A DNA stretch of 64,000 nucleotides from Octopus sinensis. Lineage: Eukaryota. The translations under genes were made by a program, and so were the position numbers. The notes beneath the pieces are model-generated. The model was not told the DNA's origin. It was given only the letters and a program-made list of their open reading frames with translations, and searched no databases. The DNA lies in the NCBI RefSeq assembly GCF_006345805.1, contig NC_043008.1:59520001-59584000 (forward strand), written 5' to 3'. Below, one piece after another: positions 1-12,211 of this stretch (position 1 is the stretch's first letter; each line of letters starts with the position of its first letter).

Positions 1-728
1 AACATGTGTCGGAAGTAAAAGAATTTGAATAACACCTGCGTTTAACTCCATATATATATATATATATATATAAATTGGATGGATGGGTGCATGCATGGAT
101 ACGAAGGTGGCGAGCGAGCTGGCAGAATCGCTCAAATGCTGCTGTCGACTTTGCTTTGATCCTTTCAGGTTTGATAAAATAAGTACCAGTAGAAATTCTG
201 GGGAAGGAGGATCGATGTAATCGACTTAGCCCTTTTTGACATTGTACCAAAATTTGAAAACAGTATACATATGTACGTGTATGTACATATGTGTGTGTGT
301 GTGTGTATGCAGCAGTAGGTATATGTTTTGTATACATATATATGTGTATCTGTGTGTGTGAATATTCATGTACGCATGAGCGTGTACGTACGTGTGCATG
401 TACATAGGTAGATCTGTGTGTGCATATGCGTGTATGAATATAATCGTGTATCTGAATTCGTGTGAATACGTGTGAATATATTCTGGGCTACCGTCGACCA
501 GAGTTGACTACATATATCTATTCCAGTGTGTGCAAATCTAAGCAATTTATATTTTGTGGAAAACTAGCAGTCGTTCATGCATTCAAGTCTTCAATCCGTG
601 TTGTCCAAAGTAAAGGGTATTCTTAAATGCTAGTATAACTTTTGCCAATATCATCACAGGTGCTGCCATCAGATCAAGCAGAATATCTCATCCGATGCTG
701 GGCTGGTATTTTTTTATTGTTATTCAAT

Positions 729-899
729 GGCGTAGGAGTGGCTGTGTAGTAAGTAGCTTGTTTACCAACCACATGGTTCCGGGTTCAGTCCCACTGCGTG
801 GCACCTTGGGCAAGTGTCTTCTACTATAGCCTCGGGCCGGCCAAAGCCTTGTGATTGGATGTGGTAGGCGGAAACTGAAAGAAGCCCATCGTATATATG

Positions 900-967
<68 letters not shown>

Positions 968-1209
968 TGTGGTGTGTGTGTGTGTGTGTATGTTTGTGTG
1001 TCTGTGTTTGTCCCGCCCCCCAACATCGCTTGACAACCGATGCTGGTGTGTTTACGTCCACGTAACTTAGCAGTTCTACAAAAGAGACCGATAGAATAAG
1101 TTTTAGGCTTACAAAGAATAAGTCCAGGGATCGATTTGCTCGACTAAAGGCGGTGCTCCAGCATGGCCACAGTCAAATGACTGAAACATGTAAAAGAGTA
1201 AAAAGAGTA
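729..1209 (+). mobile_element. SINE family A (tRNA head, CORE-like CCTTGGGCAAGTG block, internal (TA)n(TG)n, AAAAGAGT tail)
   Basis: Representative copy. Others at about 5581-5990(+), 14271-14688(-), 20037-20440(-), 30480-30895(-), 32225-32655(-), 36583-36968(-), 38296-38712(-), 38845-39260(-), 53532-53909(+) and 54346-54757(-), with diverged copies near 46360-47150, 48290-48680 and 53920-54320. Confidence 0.9.
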
Positions 1210-1450
1210 TTTAATCAGACCCCGAAACTATGAAGAGCTAAGTGTACCTTAGCGGGATTAAACTCAGTGTGCAGAGTGTCGGAAATATTTCCACCAAGTA
1301 TTGTACTCTACTCTCAGATGCGATCGTGACTTATTGAGTGGCACACCTGATGATGACTTGTTTCTCATGCGGTCCGCTTCTCGAAAACGGTTGCCCATGA
1401 CTGTTCTAAAGATTCGATTGCGTGTGTGGGAGTACGTGTATATGTATGTG

Positions 1451-2029
1451 TTGAAAGATACAGAAATAATTTTTTTAATTCTCAAACGCGTGATGATGCT
1501 AATAAAATTAGCGTGAACAGGATAAATTATCCATACGTTGCAGAAAAATACGTTACCGGCCAACCATGAGACTCGAACTTACATCCCTGTGATTACGCGC
1601 CAAGTGCTTTACCATTAAGCTAAACTGCCCATTAATGAATTCGTCTGCAATTTTAGAATTTATAAATTTAGCTTCATAAGACGCTAGCGTTAAATTCAAC
1701 TTACAATGGAAGTCAACAAAGTTTGTTTTAGAAGCTTTCAGATGTATTGAAAGATACAGAAATAAGTTTTTTATTCTCAAACGCGTGATATGGATAATTT
1801 ATCCTGTTCACGCTATTTTATTAGCCTTATCACGCGTTTGAGAATAAAAAAAACTATTTCTGTATCTTTCAATACATCTCAACGCTTCTAAAACAAACTT
1901 TGTTTGTTTACTTTCATCGTAAGTTGAATTTAACGTTAGCGTCTTATGAAGCTAAATTTATAAGTTCTAAAATTGCAAAATAATTCATTACTGGGCAGTT
2001 TAGCTTAATGGTAAAGCACTTGACGCGTA
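1451..2029. mobile_element. Foldback element with tRNA-like arm ends; related copy at 62229-62445
   Basis: Inverted arms 1594-1790 and 1828-2029, an extra core copy at 1451-1552, and the same core hairpin at 62306-62433. Confidence 0.75.
1558..1630 (-). pseudogene. tRNA-like (Thr-CGT-like) degenerate sequence
   Basis: GGGCAGTTTAGCTTAATGGTAAAGCAC...GCGTAAT...GTTCGAGTCTC...GGCC has A-box and B-box matches, but the anticodon stem does not pair. A related 3' fragment lies at 13254-13286. Confidence 0.55.
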
Positions 2030-2053
2030 TGGATAACTTAATGTAGTGTTTAG

Positions 2054-2090
<37 letters not shown>

Positions 2091-2096
2091 AATATA

Positions 2097-2139
<43 letters not shown>

Positions 2140-2353
2140 TTATACGTAAATATAGAGAGTGACCTCTATGTGGTTGACTCTAGTACTAAAAATAGATCCG
2201 CTACGGTTTCAGCCACGAAGAATTGTTTCCGATGAAAGTTAGCACAACTATTAGCGTATTCCTGGTTTTTATGCACTAAGCCACTTGGTGTTAAATTGAT
2301 GGTACTATTAAATTAGTATCCAAAATTTTCTCACCCTTATTAGTTGATTATAT

Positions 2354-2426
<73 letters not shown>

Positions 2427-2829
2427 CTATATAAATATGCATTTTTATGTAAGTACTCAAAGATGTATGTGTATTTGTGCGTATTACGGGGTTGTGTGTT
2501 CATGCCTATATATGACGGCGCAGCAAAATACATAACCACCAACAGCGAATACATGTAACATAAACTTTGAGAAATACCACACACACATATACATGGTCAT
2601 ACGCCAGCTATCTGATAAAATCAATTTGCCACTCCCACTTCATATAAATCTGTTATATAATATATATCAATGAACAGAAAAGTCAACTAAAAAAATTATA
2701 CTGTATCGTTGTCAACAAAGAGATATTACAATACTCATTAAAATACAACACACGAAATAGAAATATATTAAATGACAGCAATAGATTTCTTTTATTAGAT
2801 TTCATTTTTAAAAATTTGAAAGTAACTAT

Positions 2830-2921
2830 GGAAGCTCAGCAAATCAAATATATATATGTATGTATATATATATGTGTGTGTGTATAAATATATATATGTA
2901 TGTATGTATGTATATATATAT

Positions 2922-2968
<47 letters not shown>

Positions 2969-3577
2969 GTGTATATATATATATGTATATATATGTATGT
3001 ATATATATGTATATATATGTATGTATATATATATGTGTGTATATATATGTATATATATGTATGTATATATATATGTATATATATATATGTATATATATGT
3101 ATGTATATATATATATGCATATATATATGCATATATATAATATATATATGTATATATATATATGTATGTATGTATATGTATATATATATATGCATATATA
3201 TATGCACATATATATATATGCATATATACATATGCATATATACATATGCATATATATTTATGTGTATATGTGTGTATATATATATGGATGCATATATATA
3301 TATATGTGTGTGTATTTATATATATGTATATATATATGTATTTATATGTATATATATATGTATTATATATGTACATATATATATATATATGTGTATATAT
3401 ATGTACATATATATATATGTGTATATATATATGTATTATATATATATGTGTGTGTGTGTATAAATATATATATGTATATATATATATGTGTGTGTGTATA
3501 TAAATATATATATGTATTATATATATATATAATATATATATATATATGTGTGTGTGTGTGGTGTGTGTGTGTATATA

Positions 3578-3641
<64 letters not shown>

Positions 3642-3653
3642 ATATATATATAC
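2830..3653. repeat. Compound (TA)n/(TATG)n/(TG)n microsatellite
   Basis: Direct inspection; source of the YI/CI ORF artefacts. Confidence 0.97.
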
Positions 3654-3654
3654 A

Positions 3655-4222
3655 CTAGCTGAATAACCCGTCGTTGCCAGACAATTTTTACAATAGAACG
3701 TCTTGTAAAAATTTTTGTTTATTCCATGTCTGACCATGCCTTCCCTGACAAATAGGCTTTTTGATCAGGACAGATCTGTGCAATTTATTGCAAAACAAAA
3801 TCGTTAAGGATTTTTTCCCATTTTAATTTATTTACATGTCTGTTCGACCATTTCTCATGGCTTTATTCATTAAAACTTCAGAAGTTCTTACAACTTTTGT
3901 CGTCGTAATGTTTTGCTTTCGTTTGTTTAATAAAAATCCTTCCTCCTAATGATTTTGCTTTCATTTTGTGATAGATAGCTATCATGCAGAAAATGCCAGC
4001 TTCCAAATCCCGTTTTCTGATTAGGTAAAGTTGATTAAACTTTAAACCGCAGTAACATTTTCTGCATTTTTTCTGGAACAAACAAATTTTTAAAAATCGG
4101 ATTTAACGTAGAAAATTATTTCAATATACCAAATTTGAAAATTTTAACGTAATTTTAAAATCTTAAAATATGACAGCAACAGGGAATACCCTACAAAAGT
4201 AGAGAGACAGACAGTTATAGGA
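3655..4222 (-). mobile_element. Non-autonomous Helitron-type element
   Basis: Minus-strand end is a degenerate GC hairpin (GGCAACGACGGG) followed by CTAG|T. About 480 bp is homologous to the inverted copy at 63225-63735. 5' boundary approximate. Confidence 0.6.
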
Positions 4223-4301
4223 CGTCACACACACACACACACACACACACATTTACAAACGTACACACTGGTAATCGCGAGTTTAAAATTGCGTATAGTA
4301 G

Positions 4302-4334
<33 letters not shown>

Positions 4335-4344
4335 TGTATGTATA

Positions 4345-4675
4345 AAACGTAGTCATAAAACGAGACAGATGAGTGACAACCTGGCCACTGGTGGTGGTGT
4401 AACACACCATACTAATCATATCTGTCGGGCATGTGGAAGAGAGTGTAATTCGGCAGGACTTAAACGACATGCAAAGGTACATGAAGCCCAGTTACTACTA
4501 CAGCCAGCTATTGCCGGTAAAGGTTTTAGCTGCCAATTCTGTACAAGACATTGTAGATCTTTAGCAGGGCTAAAAAGTCACATTCGATCACAGCACCAGT
4601 GACAGTTAAGCTTCGTGCAATGGCCATACTCGATAACGAGGGGGCAGCCATAATAATGTATGTATGTATGTAAAT
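4345..4675 (+). mobile_element. 3' fragment of an RTE-type LINE with two C2H2-like fingers and an (ATGT)n tail
   Basis: Translates CRACGRECNSAGLKRHAKVH and CQFCTRHCRSLAGLKSHIRSQH, then ATGGCCATACTCGATAACGAGGGGGCAGCCAT and ATGT repeats. The same terminus occurs at 42066-42110. Confidence 0.7.
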
Positions 4676-4751
4676 GTTTGAGTAGGAGTCAGAGAGAAGC
4701 TATGAAACCTTATATTTGCACAAGTAGGTTAGAAGTTTGCAGTGCTAAGGA

Positions 4752-5171
4752 TGTAAGAAAAACGAATAAGGACTAGCCGGTGGTACGAAGGCGGGTGTGT
4801 GAACTGTCAAGATCTGTCTGCTGTCTGTTCCGTAGATTTGTCTGCTGACAGTTGTGCACTTCTGTTTGCTGATGGTCGTAGAGATCTTTTCGCTGACAGT
4901 TGTGGCGTTGAGTTCTTCTGCTGACTGACTGCGAAAAGACGCGCTCTGCTGTTCTGATGACCGCTGCTTTTATAAGTACACAACCAGCTCTGATTGGCTG
5001 CCGTTGCCAAAGCACAACTGTGCTAATCCGCGATAACAAAATATATGCGTTCACTTTGCTCACCACTTGTCAACAATCCCAAATAAATCACTGTGATTTA
5101 TTAACAAACCTACCTTCTGACATCTATTTCTACATACTCTTATTTCCATGTTATATTGGGACATTGTTACA
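4752..5171 (-). mobile_element. Possible solo LTR
   Basis: Minus-strand termini TGTAACA...CTTACA, CCAAT box (4993-4997), TATAAAAG (4967-4974), internal repeats of about 24 nt. No matching TSD. Confidence 0.4.
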
Positions 5172-8100
5172 GTCGAACACGCGACAACCAACTTTGCACC
5201 TATTACACTGGTGAACCGTTTCACTATGAATTATTACATTGGTGACTTCCCGAACGTTGAATTTTTTTTTTCTTCGGAAATATTCCCCACCCTTGCAAAA
5301 CATTTCTGTAGGCCCGGGGGCCAAGCCTCGGATGAATTTTAAAGTTAAAACCTATATCATCTGGGCAATGTTGATGGAATATTTTCCACATCATACAGAT
5401 GATGTAACGCTCACGGCGGCGTTGGAGGGGGTAAGGCCTGAGCTTTTTGAGTCGATCCCAATAGTAGAGGCTTGTCATGTCATCTATTATTTTGTGATTG
5501 ATCTTTAGGTGGCTTCAATTTTCCTAATATTCTGTATCATGTGTGAGAATCACAGCTGACAACTGTAGTCAAGGTGAAGGCGAGGAAAAGTAGTGGCTGT
5601 GTGGTAAGTAGCTTGCTAACCAACCACATGGTTCTGGGTTCAGTCCCACTGTGTGGCACCTTGGACAAGTGTCTTCCACTATAGCCTCAGGCCGACCAAT
5701 GCCTTGTGAGTGGATTTGGTAGACGGAAACTGAAAGAAGCCTGCCGTATATATGTATATATATATATATGTATGTGTGTGTGTTTGTGTGTCTGTGTTTG
5801 TCCCCCTAGCATTGCTTGACAACCGTTGCTGGTGTGTTTACGTCCCCGTAACTTAGCGGTTCGGCAAAAGAGACCGATATAATAAGTACTGGGCTTACAA
5901 AGAATAATTCCCGGGGTCGATTTGCTCGACTAAAGGCGGTGCTCCAGCATGGCCGCAGTCAAATAACTGAAACACATAAAAGAGTAAAAGACCGGAAAGC
6001 CCTGAGGATTCAGGAGCATCCCCTGCTAGCCATGTAAACTTTGCTGCTTACGTGAGCACTCCAGCTTATTTCGTTTTTCAACAGTAACATCCAGGTCTCT
6101 AGCAGTGCTGGATGCCACGAGGGTTTCGCCCGAGGGAAGAGTGTATGGTTGTTGGAATGCAGTCTCTTTACCGAAGTGGATTAGTTTGAATCTTTTTTCG
6201 TTTAGCTGCATATGTTTCTCCGCACATTGGATAACAGCTAACAGATCAGATTGAAGATTTGCCTGGTCTTCAACCCTGTCAATAACCTTCAGTAAATTAG
6301 AGCCATCCTCGAAAATATGCATGCTACTGTTTTTGATGACGTCAGTGATGTTAATATAATTCATGAAAAGGTGCGGACCCAATGCAGTGCATTGTGGAAC
6401 TCTACTTATAACCCTGGCTGAGGTCGATCAGACACTATCAATCACCACATGTTGAGTTCTGTTCATGAGAAAACATTTAATCCAAGTTAACAGTTTTCCT
6501 TAGACTCCAATGTTGGATAGTTTCTTTAACAGGATGCAGTGATCAACCCTGTCAAGGGCTTTCCTGAAGTCAAGGTGTATGATATCTGCAATGGAGTCCT
6601 CTTCCATGGCCTTTCACATGTCATTGAAATGATGTAGGAACTGTGTTAAACAGTCCCTTCCATTGCGGAAGCCATGTTGGTTGGGAATAATCAAGCTGTT
6701 AGATCCCTAAAAGAGAGTTACTCGAGATCTCACCACTCTCTCAAATAATTTAATGATATGAGAGGTAAGCGAGACCGGCCGGTAGTTCACGGTGAGTGAC
6801 TTTTTACCTTTCTTGAAAACTGGGGTAATCGCCTGGGAAAGGAAATTTTCAGGGATATAGCCCGCATCCATTGATTTTCGCCAGAAAGTAGCTAAGGGAA
6901 GAGCTAACTGGAGTCGGTACTCCTTCAGGACTCTAGCGAGGAGCCTATCGGCGCCTGCAGCTGCGTTGACCTTTATTTCCCTAATAGCTGCTATGGTGTC
7001 CAAGGCGTCAAATGGTGTCAGAAATGGTGTGCTGTGGGTTTATTTTTCATATATGTTGACCAGGTTCACAATACTGGGATTGCAGAAGACAGAGCAGTAT
7101 TGTTTCTGCAGAATCCCAACCATATCTTCTGCAGTACTATGGAGAGTGTTTTCTTCACAATCAGAGGTCCGAGAGATGCGATTCTCTTCGGCAATCAGAA
7201 GTCCGACAGATGTTTTTTGGCAAATGAGAAGAAAACTTTGGGATTGAATTTGATATTCTCGATGGCCCATTTCTCCTGTTATTCTTTCATTCATAATGAT
7301 AGACTTCAAGCAGTTTTGGATTCCAGTAGAGCTACGTCTGACAGATGGGAGTGATGCAGCTGGCAATATTTTAGCCGGTTGATTTTTTTTTATCTATTCT
7401 TTTTATTTTTCTTATGAGTGACTTTTATATTTTTACGCAGCCTGCATTTTGTTTTGTCCATGGACCGCAGTGGAGTGTGGCGTGAACATATGTTTGCGAC
7501 AATATCCACAAATAACTGCCACAATGCGGCAATGCTACTTGGGGAGAGAGAGAATCAGTGAAAGACCAATCAAAGAGCGAAAGATCGTGGGTGATTACCT
7601 TCCAGTTAGCATTGTAGAGATCCGAGAGATCAAAAGGGTTCGCTTCTGTGTGGTAGTCGGGTTTTTCTCTAAGCTGCCGAAACCTCAGGCTACAAAGAAC
7701 CATATTGTGGTCTGATAGAAGAGTTTTCTCCACTGCTATATAATGGATAGTGTTTGTATGGTTACTTAACACTAAGTCCATAGTGTTTTTATTGAGTCTC
7801 GTTGACACGAGCACGAGTAGAGACACAAAGAATTCGTCCATGAATTCGAACAGTGATTCTACTGCTGCTTTCTCTGGGGTTGAAATGCACACACTTGTTT
7901 TCACTGTATGTGTAGTCCAGTCAATTCAAAGGGAGGTTAAAATTACCCATCATTAAAACGCTACCGGTTCTGCACTGGTTGATAAAAAAACTTGACTTTC
8001 TTGGGGTATTAGTCGAAGCACAGTAGTGATGCTTGTAGTGGCATGTAGAGCCCAATTATCACTAAGTCTTTTGTTTTATTATGTACGGATGGTGGTAAAT

Positions 8101-8520
8101 TTTTTTACTTTCCCTTTAGCATCCAGGTAGGAGTTATCAAGGTGAGTCTCAGTGAGGACAAAGAAGGGAATGTGGTGTGGGTGGTCGGTAACCCAATCTT
8201 CAATGAATTTAATTTTACACCGCTTTACCTTATAGAAAGGATTAATGCTTTGAGCATTCAGTAGAAATGTTGACACAGAAGTAGTGGCTTGATTGCACTT
8301 ACGAAGGGGCGTTGAAAAAGCTTTATGGCTTAACGGTAGCGAAGAGGATAGTTTCTTCTCTAGGGTAGTGACAGAGGTTGGTGCTGGGTGGTAGCCAAGA
8401 CACTTTTCCCGATCTCTTGTGTTCCATATGGATAAAAAAGAAGAATTTATCTGGTTAAGAAGTATTTGGTGACTGGAGTTGTGGTTACACTGACAGTTTG
8501 CTCGGTTGTTTGTGCTAACT
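5172..8520 (-). mobile_element. Decayed CR1-clade (CR1/L2-like) LINE ORF2: APE endonuclease plus reverse transcriptase
   Basis: Fragments FLLNAQSI...LTETHL and DLVLSN...LSDHNMV (endonuclease); PVFKKGKK...NYRPVSLTSHIIKLFERVV, QHGFR and HLDFRKALDRVDH (RT); YWDRLKKL..LQRRRERY (C-terminus). Multiple stops and frameshifts; interrupted by a SINE at 5581-5990. Confidence 0.9.
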
Positions 8521-8524
8521 TTGT

Positions 8525-8935
8525 TTCTTATTTCTTTATTGCCCACAACGGGCTAAACATAGAGAGGACAAACAAGGACAGACAAACGGATTAAGCCGAT
8601 TGCATCGACCCCAGTGCGTAACTGGTACTTAATTTATCGACCCCGAAAGGATGAAAGGCAAAGTCCACCTCGGCGGAATTTGAGCTCAGAACGTAACGAC
8701 AGACAAAATGCCTATTTCTTTACTGCCCACAAGGGGCTAAACATAGAGGGGACAGACAAAGGGATTAAGTCGATTACATCGACCCCAGTGCGTAACTTGT
8801 ACTTAATTTATCGACCCCGAAAGGATGAAAGGCAAAGGCGACCTCGGCGGAATTTGAACTCAGAACATAATGGCAGACGAAATACGGCTACGCATTTCGC
8901 CCGGCGTGCTAACGATTCTACCAGCTCGCCGCCTT
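8525..8935 (-). mobile_element. Family B SINE dimer inserted in the CR1-clade LINE; a second dimer lies at about 9671-10000 (+)
   Basis: Two tandem core modules interrupt the LINE sequence. Confidence 0.85.
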
Positions 8936-8939
8936 TGTG

Positions 8940-10140
8940 TTATTTTTCTTTATACCGAGAGTTCTGTTTATCTTATTTTTTTTTTTTTTACACTTGGGAA
9001 AGTCCGGGACTTTACGCTTTGTTTATGTATATGTTCATTCTGGCCAATTTTGGTATTTGGGTTGTGGGAAAAGTAGATGCCAGTACTAGAATTTGTTGTT
9101 GACTGGGTGCATTGATTTTGAACGTACGCCGAGTTCCAAGAAAATGCGTGAACATAAAGTCTTGCTGAAGACATAGTCTTCTATGTTGGGGGTTGCGACA
9201 GATTTTGGGGGTTACGAATAGATTTCAATTGATGGTGCTATTGCAGTAGGGGTGATATGGTTGAAAATGTTTCTATTTATAGAGTGTCTGGTCCCAGGCA
9301 AATGTGTGAAGCTGCAGTTAAGACTTCTGCATATCTCACGTAAAGAGTGGCAACATATGTTGGGGGTTCGGGTTGGACGTGTTCCCTGAGACAGTGGTTT
9401 GTAAATAGTTTTGGATTTAGTTAAGTTTGTCAGAGTTGACATTGGGGCAGTGGTGGTGGAGGGAGATGTGGTAGTTGGTCACTCACAGAGGTAGTAGTGA
9501 TAATGGTGCTATTTGAGTTTGGTAGTGTTGAGGTTGGGGCAAATGTGGTGGGAGAAGGAGGAGGGAGTGGTTGGTCACTGATCGTAATGGTAGCAGTACT
9601 AGACGAAGTATTAGTAGTCGATAGTAGTAGTGATGATGTTGCTGGTGTTGGTGATGAATGCCTGGAGGTGGAGGTCGACTTTGCCTTTCATCCTTTCGGG
9701 GTCGATTAAGTAAGTACCAGTTACGCACTGGGGTCGATGCAATCGGCTTAATCCGTTTGTCTGTCCTTGTTTGTCCCCTCTATGGTTAGCCCCTTGTGGG
9801 CAGTAAAGAAATAGGCATTTTGTCTGCCGCTACGTTCTGAGCTCAAATTCCGCCGAGGTCGACTTTGCCTTTCATCCTTTCGGGGTCGATTAAGTAAGTA
9901 CCAGTTACGCACTGGGGTCGATATAATCGACTTAATCCGTTTGTCTGTCCTTGTTTGTCCCCTCTGTGTATAGCTCCTTGTGGGTAGTAAAGAAATAGGT
10001 ATGTAGGCAGAGGAGTTCCTGTAGCTGTAGTCCTGACGGTGACTGCTGCTGCTGCTGCGATGGGAATTTTAATTGTTGTTGTTGTTGTTGCTGTTATTGC
10101 GGCTTTTGTTGTTGCTGCTTGTCATGGGCTGCGGTAGGTG
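8940..10140 (-). mobile_element. Probable ORF1 remnant of the same CR1-clade LINE
   Basis: Cys/His motif PNICCHSLREICRSLNCSFTHLPGT in ORF 9212-9442, upstream of and co-oriented with ORF2. Split by SINE insertions. Confidence 0.5.
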
Positions 10141-10547
10141 GAAAGATTTTAATTAGTTTATTTACGTGATTGATTATATTGTAAGATATGAAACCGAAAT
10201 TTGCTTCAGCTTATAACGATCATAAAAGAGACGAACAACTTTTTTGGCAATCAGATCAAGACCTGAAGCATGAATATTTTCCGTTTAAGAGAGAATGTAC
10301 CAGACGTTGATGAGAAAGTCGGTTTCGCTATCAAAACAAAATTAAAATTACAAAACATGTATAACTATATAATTTTGCATTTTGAATATCTTGCACAGAA
10401 AATCATCATGCATATTGATGTAGAAACTACTAGCCTATACACCTGTTGCGTGTATATATATATATATATGTGGTGTGTGTGTGTGTGTGTGGTGTGTGTG
10501 TGTGTATGTGTGTGTGTGTATATACATATATATACATATACATATAT

Positions 10548-10619
<72 letters not shown>

Positions 10620-10679
10620 GGTGTGTGTGTGTGTACATAAATATATATATATGTATATATATATAGTTAATTCAAACAA

Positions 10680-11600
10680 GAAAGCACAAAAAACACAACA
10701 ACGCGAGGACGTGTAACAAATATATTAATTTTGGGACGCTCAGGAAAGACGGAAAGAAGGAGGGTTTAACGTTTCGAGCGGAGCTCTTCGTCGGAAACAT
10801 AGGAGAAGGAGAGATCCAGAGAAGGGAAGACAGAGGGAAAAGAATCGCCAACGGTACACATGAGGTCACATACTTGGAAAAGGATGTGTGGCGTTCGATC
10901 ATATAATAATATAAATAATATATAAATATATGCATATATTCATACATATATGTACATACCTACATATATATGTATATATACATGCTTATATGGGTACAGG
11001 TCATCAAAAAACGTTGAATACGATGAGAAACGAAAACATAAAACAAAAACATAGAAACTAACTTTTTTTCAAATAACGAAAAAACAGAGAAACGAGACAT
11101 ACAACATAAAGAATATTCTCCTTCTTCAGTTGTCCCTATTTCATCTACTCCGCCTTTTCCGAAGGCAAGGCCAAGATGCGACTTTGTTGAAACAGTCCTT
11201 CCCGCAAAACAAATTAAATAAAATTTGGGATTTTTTGCGGAGGGTGAAAGTGGTAACAAGAGCAGGACAGTGAGAACAAAACAGTAAAAACAATAAAAAA
11301 GTAAAAACAGTAAAAGACAGAACAAAGAGAACAAAACAGTAAAAACAAACGATGAGGGTTGTTAAGCCAAGAGGATGGAAAAATTATTCTGAACGTTTAA
11401 GGAGATGAGCTTATGAAGAGACAGGAAGGTAGTAGTCGGAAAGATGGCTTCCCTCTGACCACGTGTCAGCGATGAGAGAGTCGGTGAGGAGGAGTGAGAG
11501 AGAGGGAACGGTGAAGGGGAGAGGAGAAGAATAGGGAAAAGTGGGAGAGAAAACCAGAATGGATGAAGAACAAGAGAGCCCACCCTTTCCTATTCTTCTC
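10680..11600 (-). mobile_element. Probable Penelope-like element remnants (terminal-repeat region)
   Basis: Carries the hammerhead motif typical of Penelope-like terminal repeats. Shares GAGC..GCTCGAAACGT and downstream TTCCTGAGCG with the 62670-62870 copy. No RT or GIY-YIG domain recognised; boundaries approximate. Confidence 0.45.
10764..10798 (-). ncRNA. Minimal type I hammerhead ribozyme motif, variant core (CCGACGA)
   Basis: Minus strand reads GUUU CCGACGA A GAGC-UCC-GCUC GAAA C GUU AAAC. Stem I GUUU/AAAC, 4-bp stem II, palindromic AACGUU stem III. Confidence 0.6.
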
Positions 11601-11899
11601 CTCTCTCTTCAGGATTCATTTCATATTAAACATCCCATCAGATCTAAAACAGAACGTCGATACATTTAACAGAGTACTCTCCTGAATACTTGACCTAACT
11701 TTAGTCTTGTTTTTCACGTATTTTGCTACCGTGGACGTTGCAAACCTTAATGTTCTGCAATATGGCTGTGTTACATTCACACTTCAAATCTTTATAACAA
11801 CATAATCTCTTTACTACTCCCCTTTTAGCTTTATTGCCTTCACTTCGACTTGATAGCATCATTCCGTTCGTCCTATGTATATTCACAAAAGCACATTTA

Positions 11900-12211
11900 G
11901 GCGATCCTACGGTTTAACTCGACAACACGATAACAAAACCTCCCTTGTTTCCGTGACAACTCGACAATTCACTTCGGATATCTTCGTGACCTCCGTGACA
12001 GCTTCTGTGACAGCGGCTAAAATGGGAGGAGGAGGAGAAGAAAACTAATGGAAGAGCAAGCACGCTCATACAACCCATTAGCTTTCTCCTCCTCCTCCCA
12101 TTTTAGTAGCTGTCACGGAGGTCATGAAGATATCCGAAGTGAATTGTCGAGTTGTCACGGAAACAAGCGAGGTTTTGTTATCGTTTTGTCGAGTTAAACC
12201 GAAGGATCGCC
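11900..12211. mobile_element. Foldback MITE with 8-bp TSD and GG...CC termini (Merlin-like; hAT not excluded)
   Basis: Arms of about 140-150 bp beginning GGCGATCC and ending GGATCGCC. TSD CACATTTA at 11892-11899 and 12212-12219. Confidence 0.8.

Noticed and set aside
659-706. Possible small upstream SLC22 exon (cag|GTGCTGCCATCAG...)
   Set aside because: Peptide has no SLC22 similarity, the donor is weak and the phase does not match the WDLVC exon.
2795-3666. Long ORFs of 130-290 aa rich in Y/I/H/C
   Set aside because: Translations of (TA)n/(TG)n microsatellite, which lacks stops in several frames.
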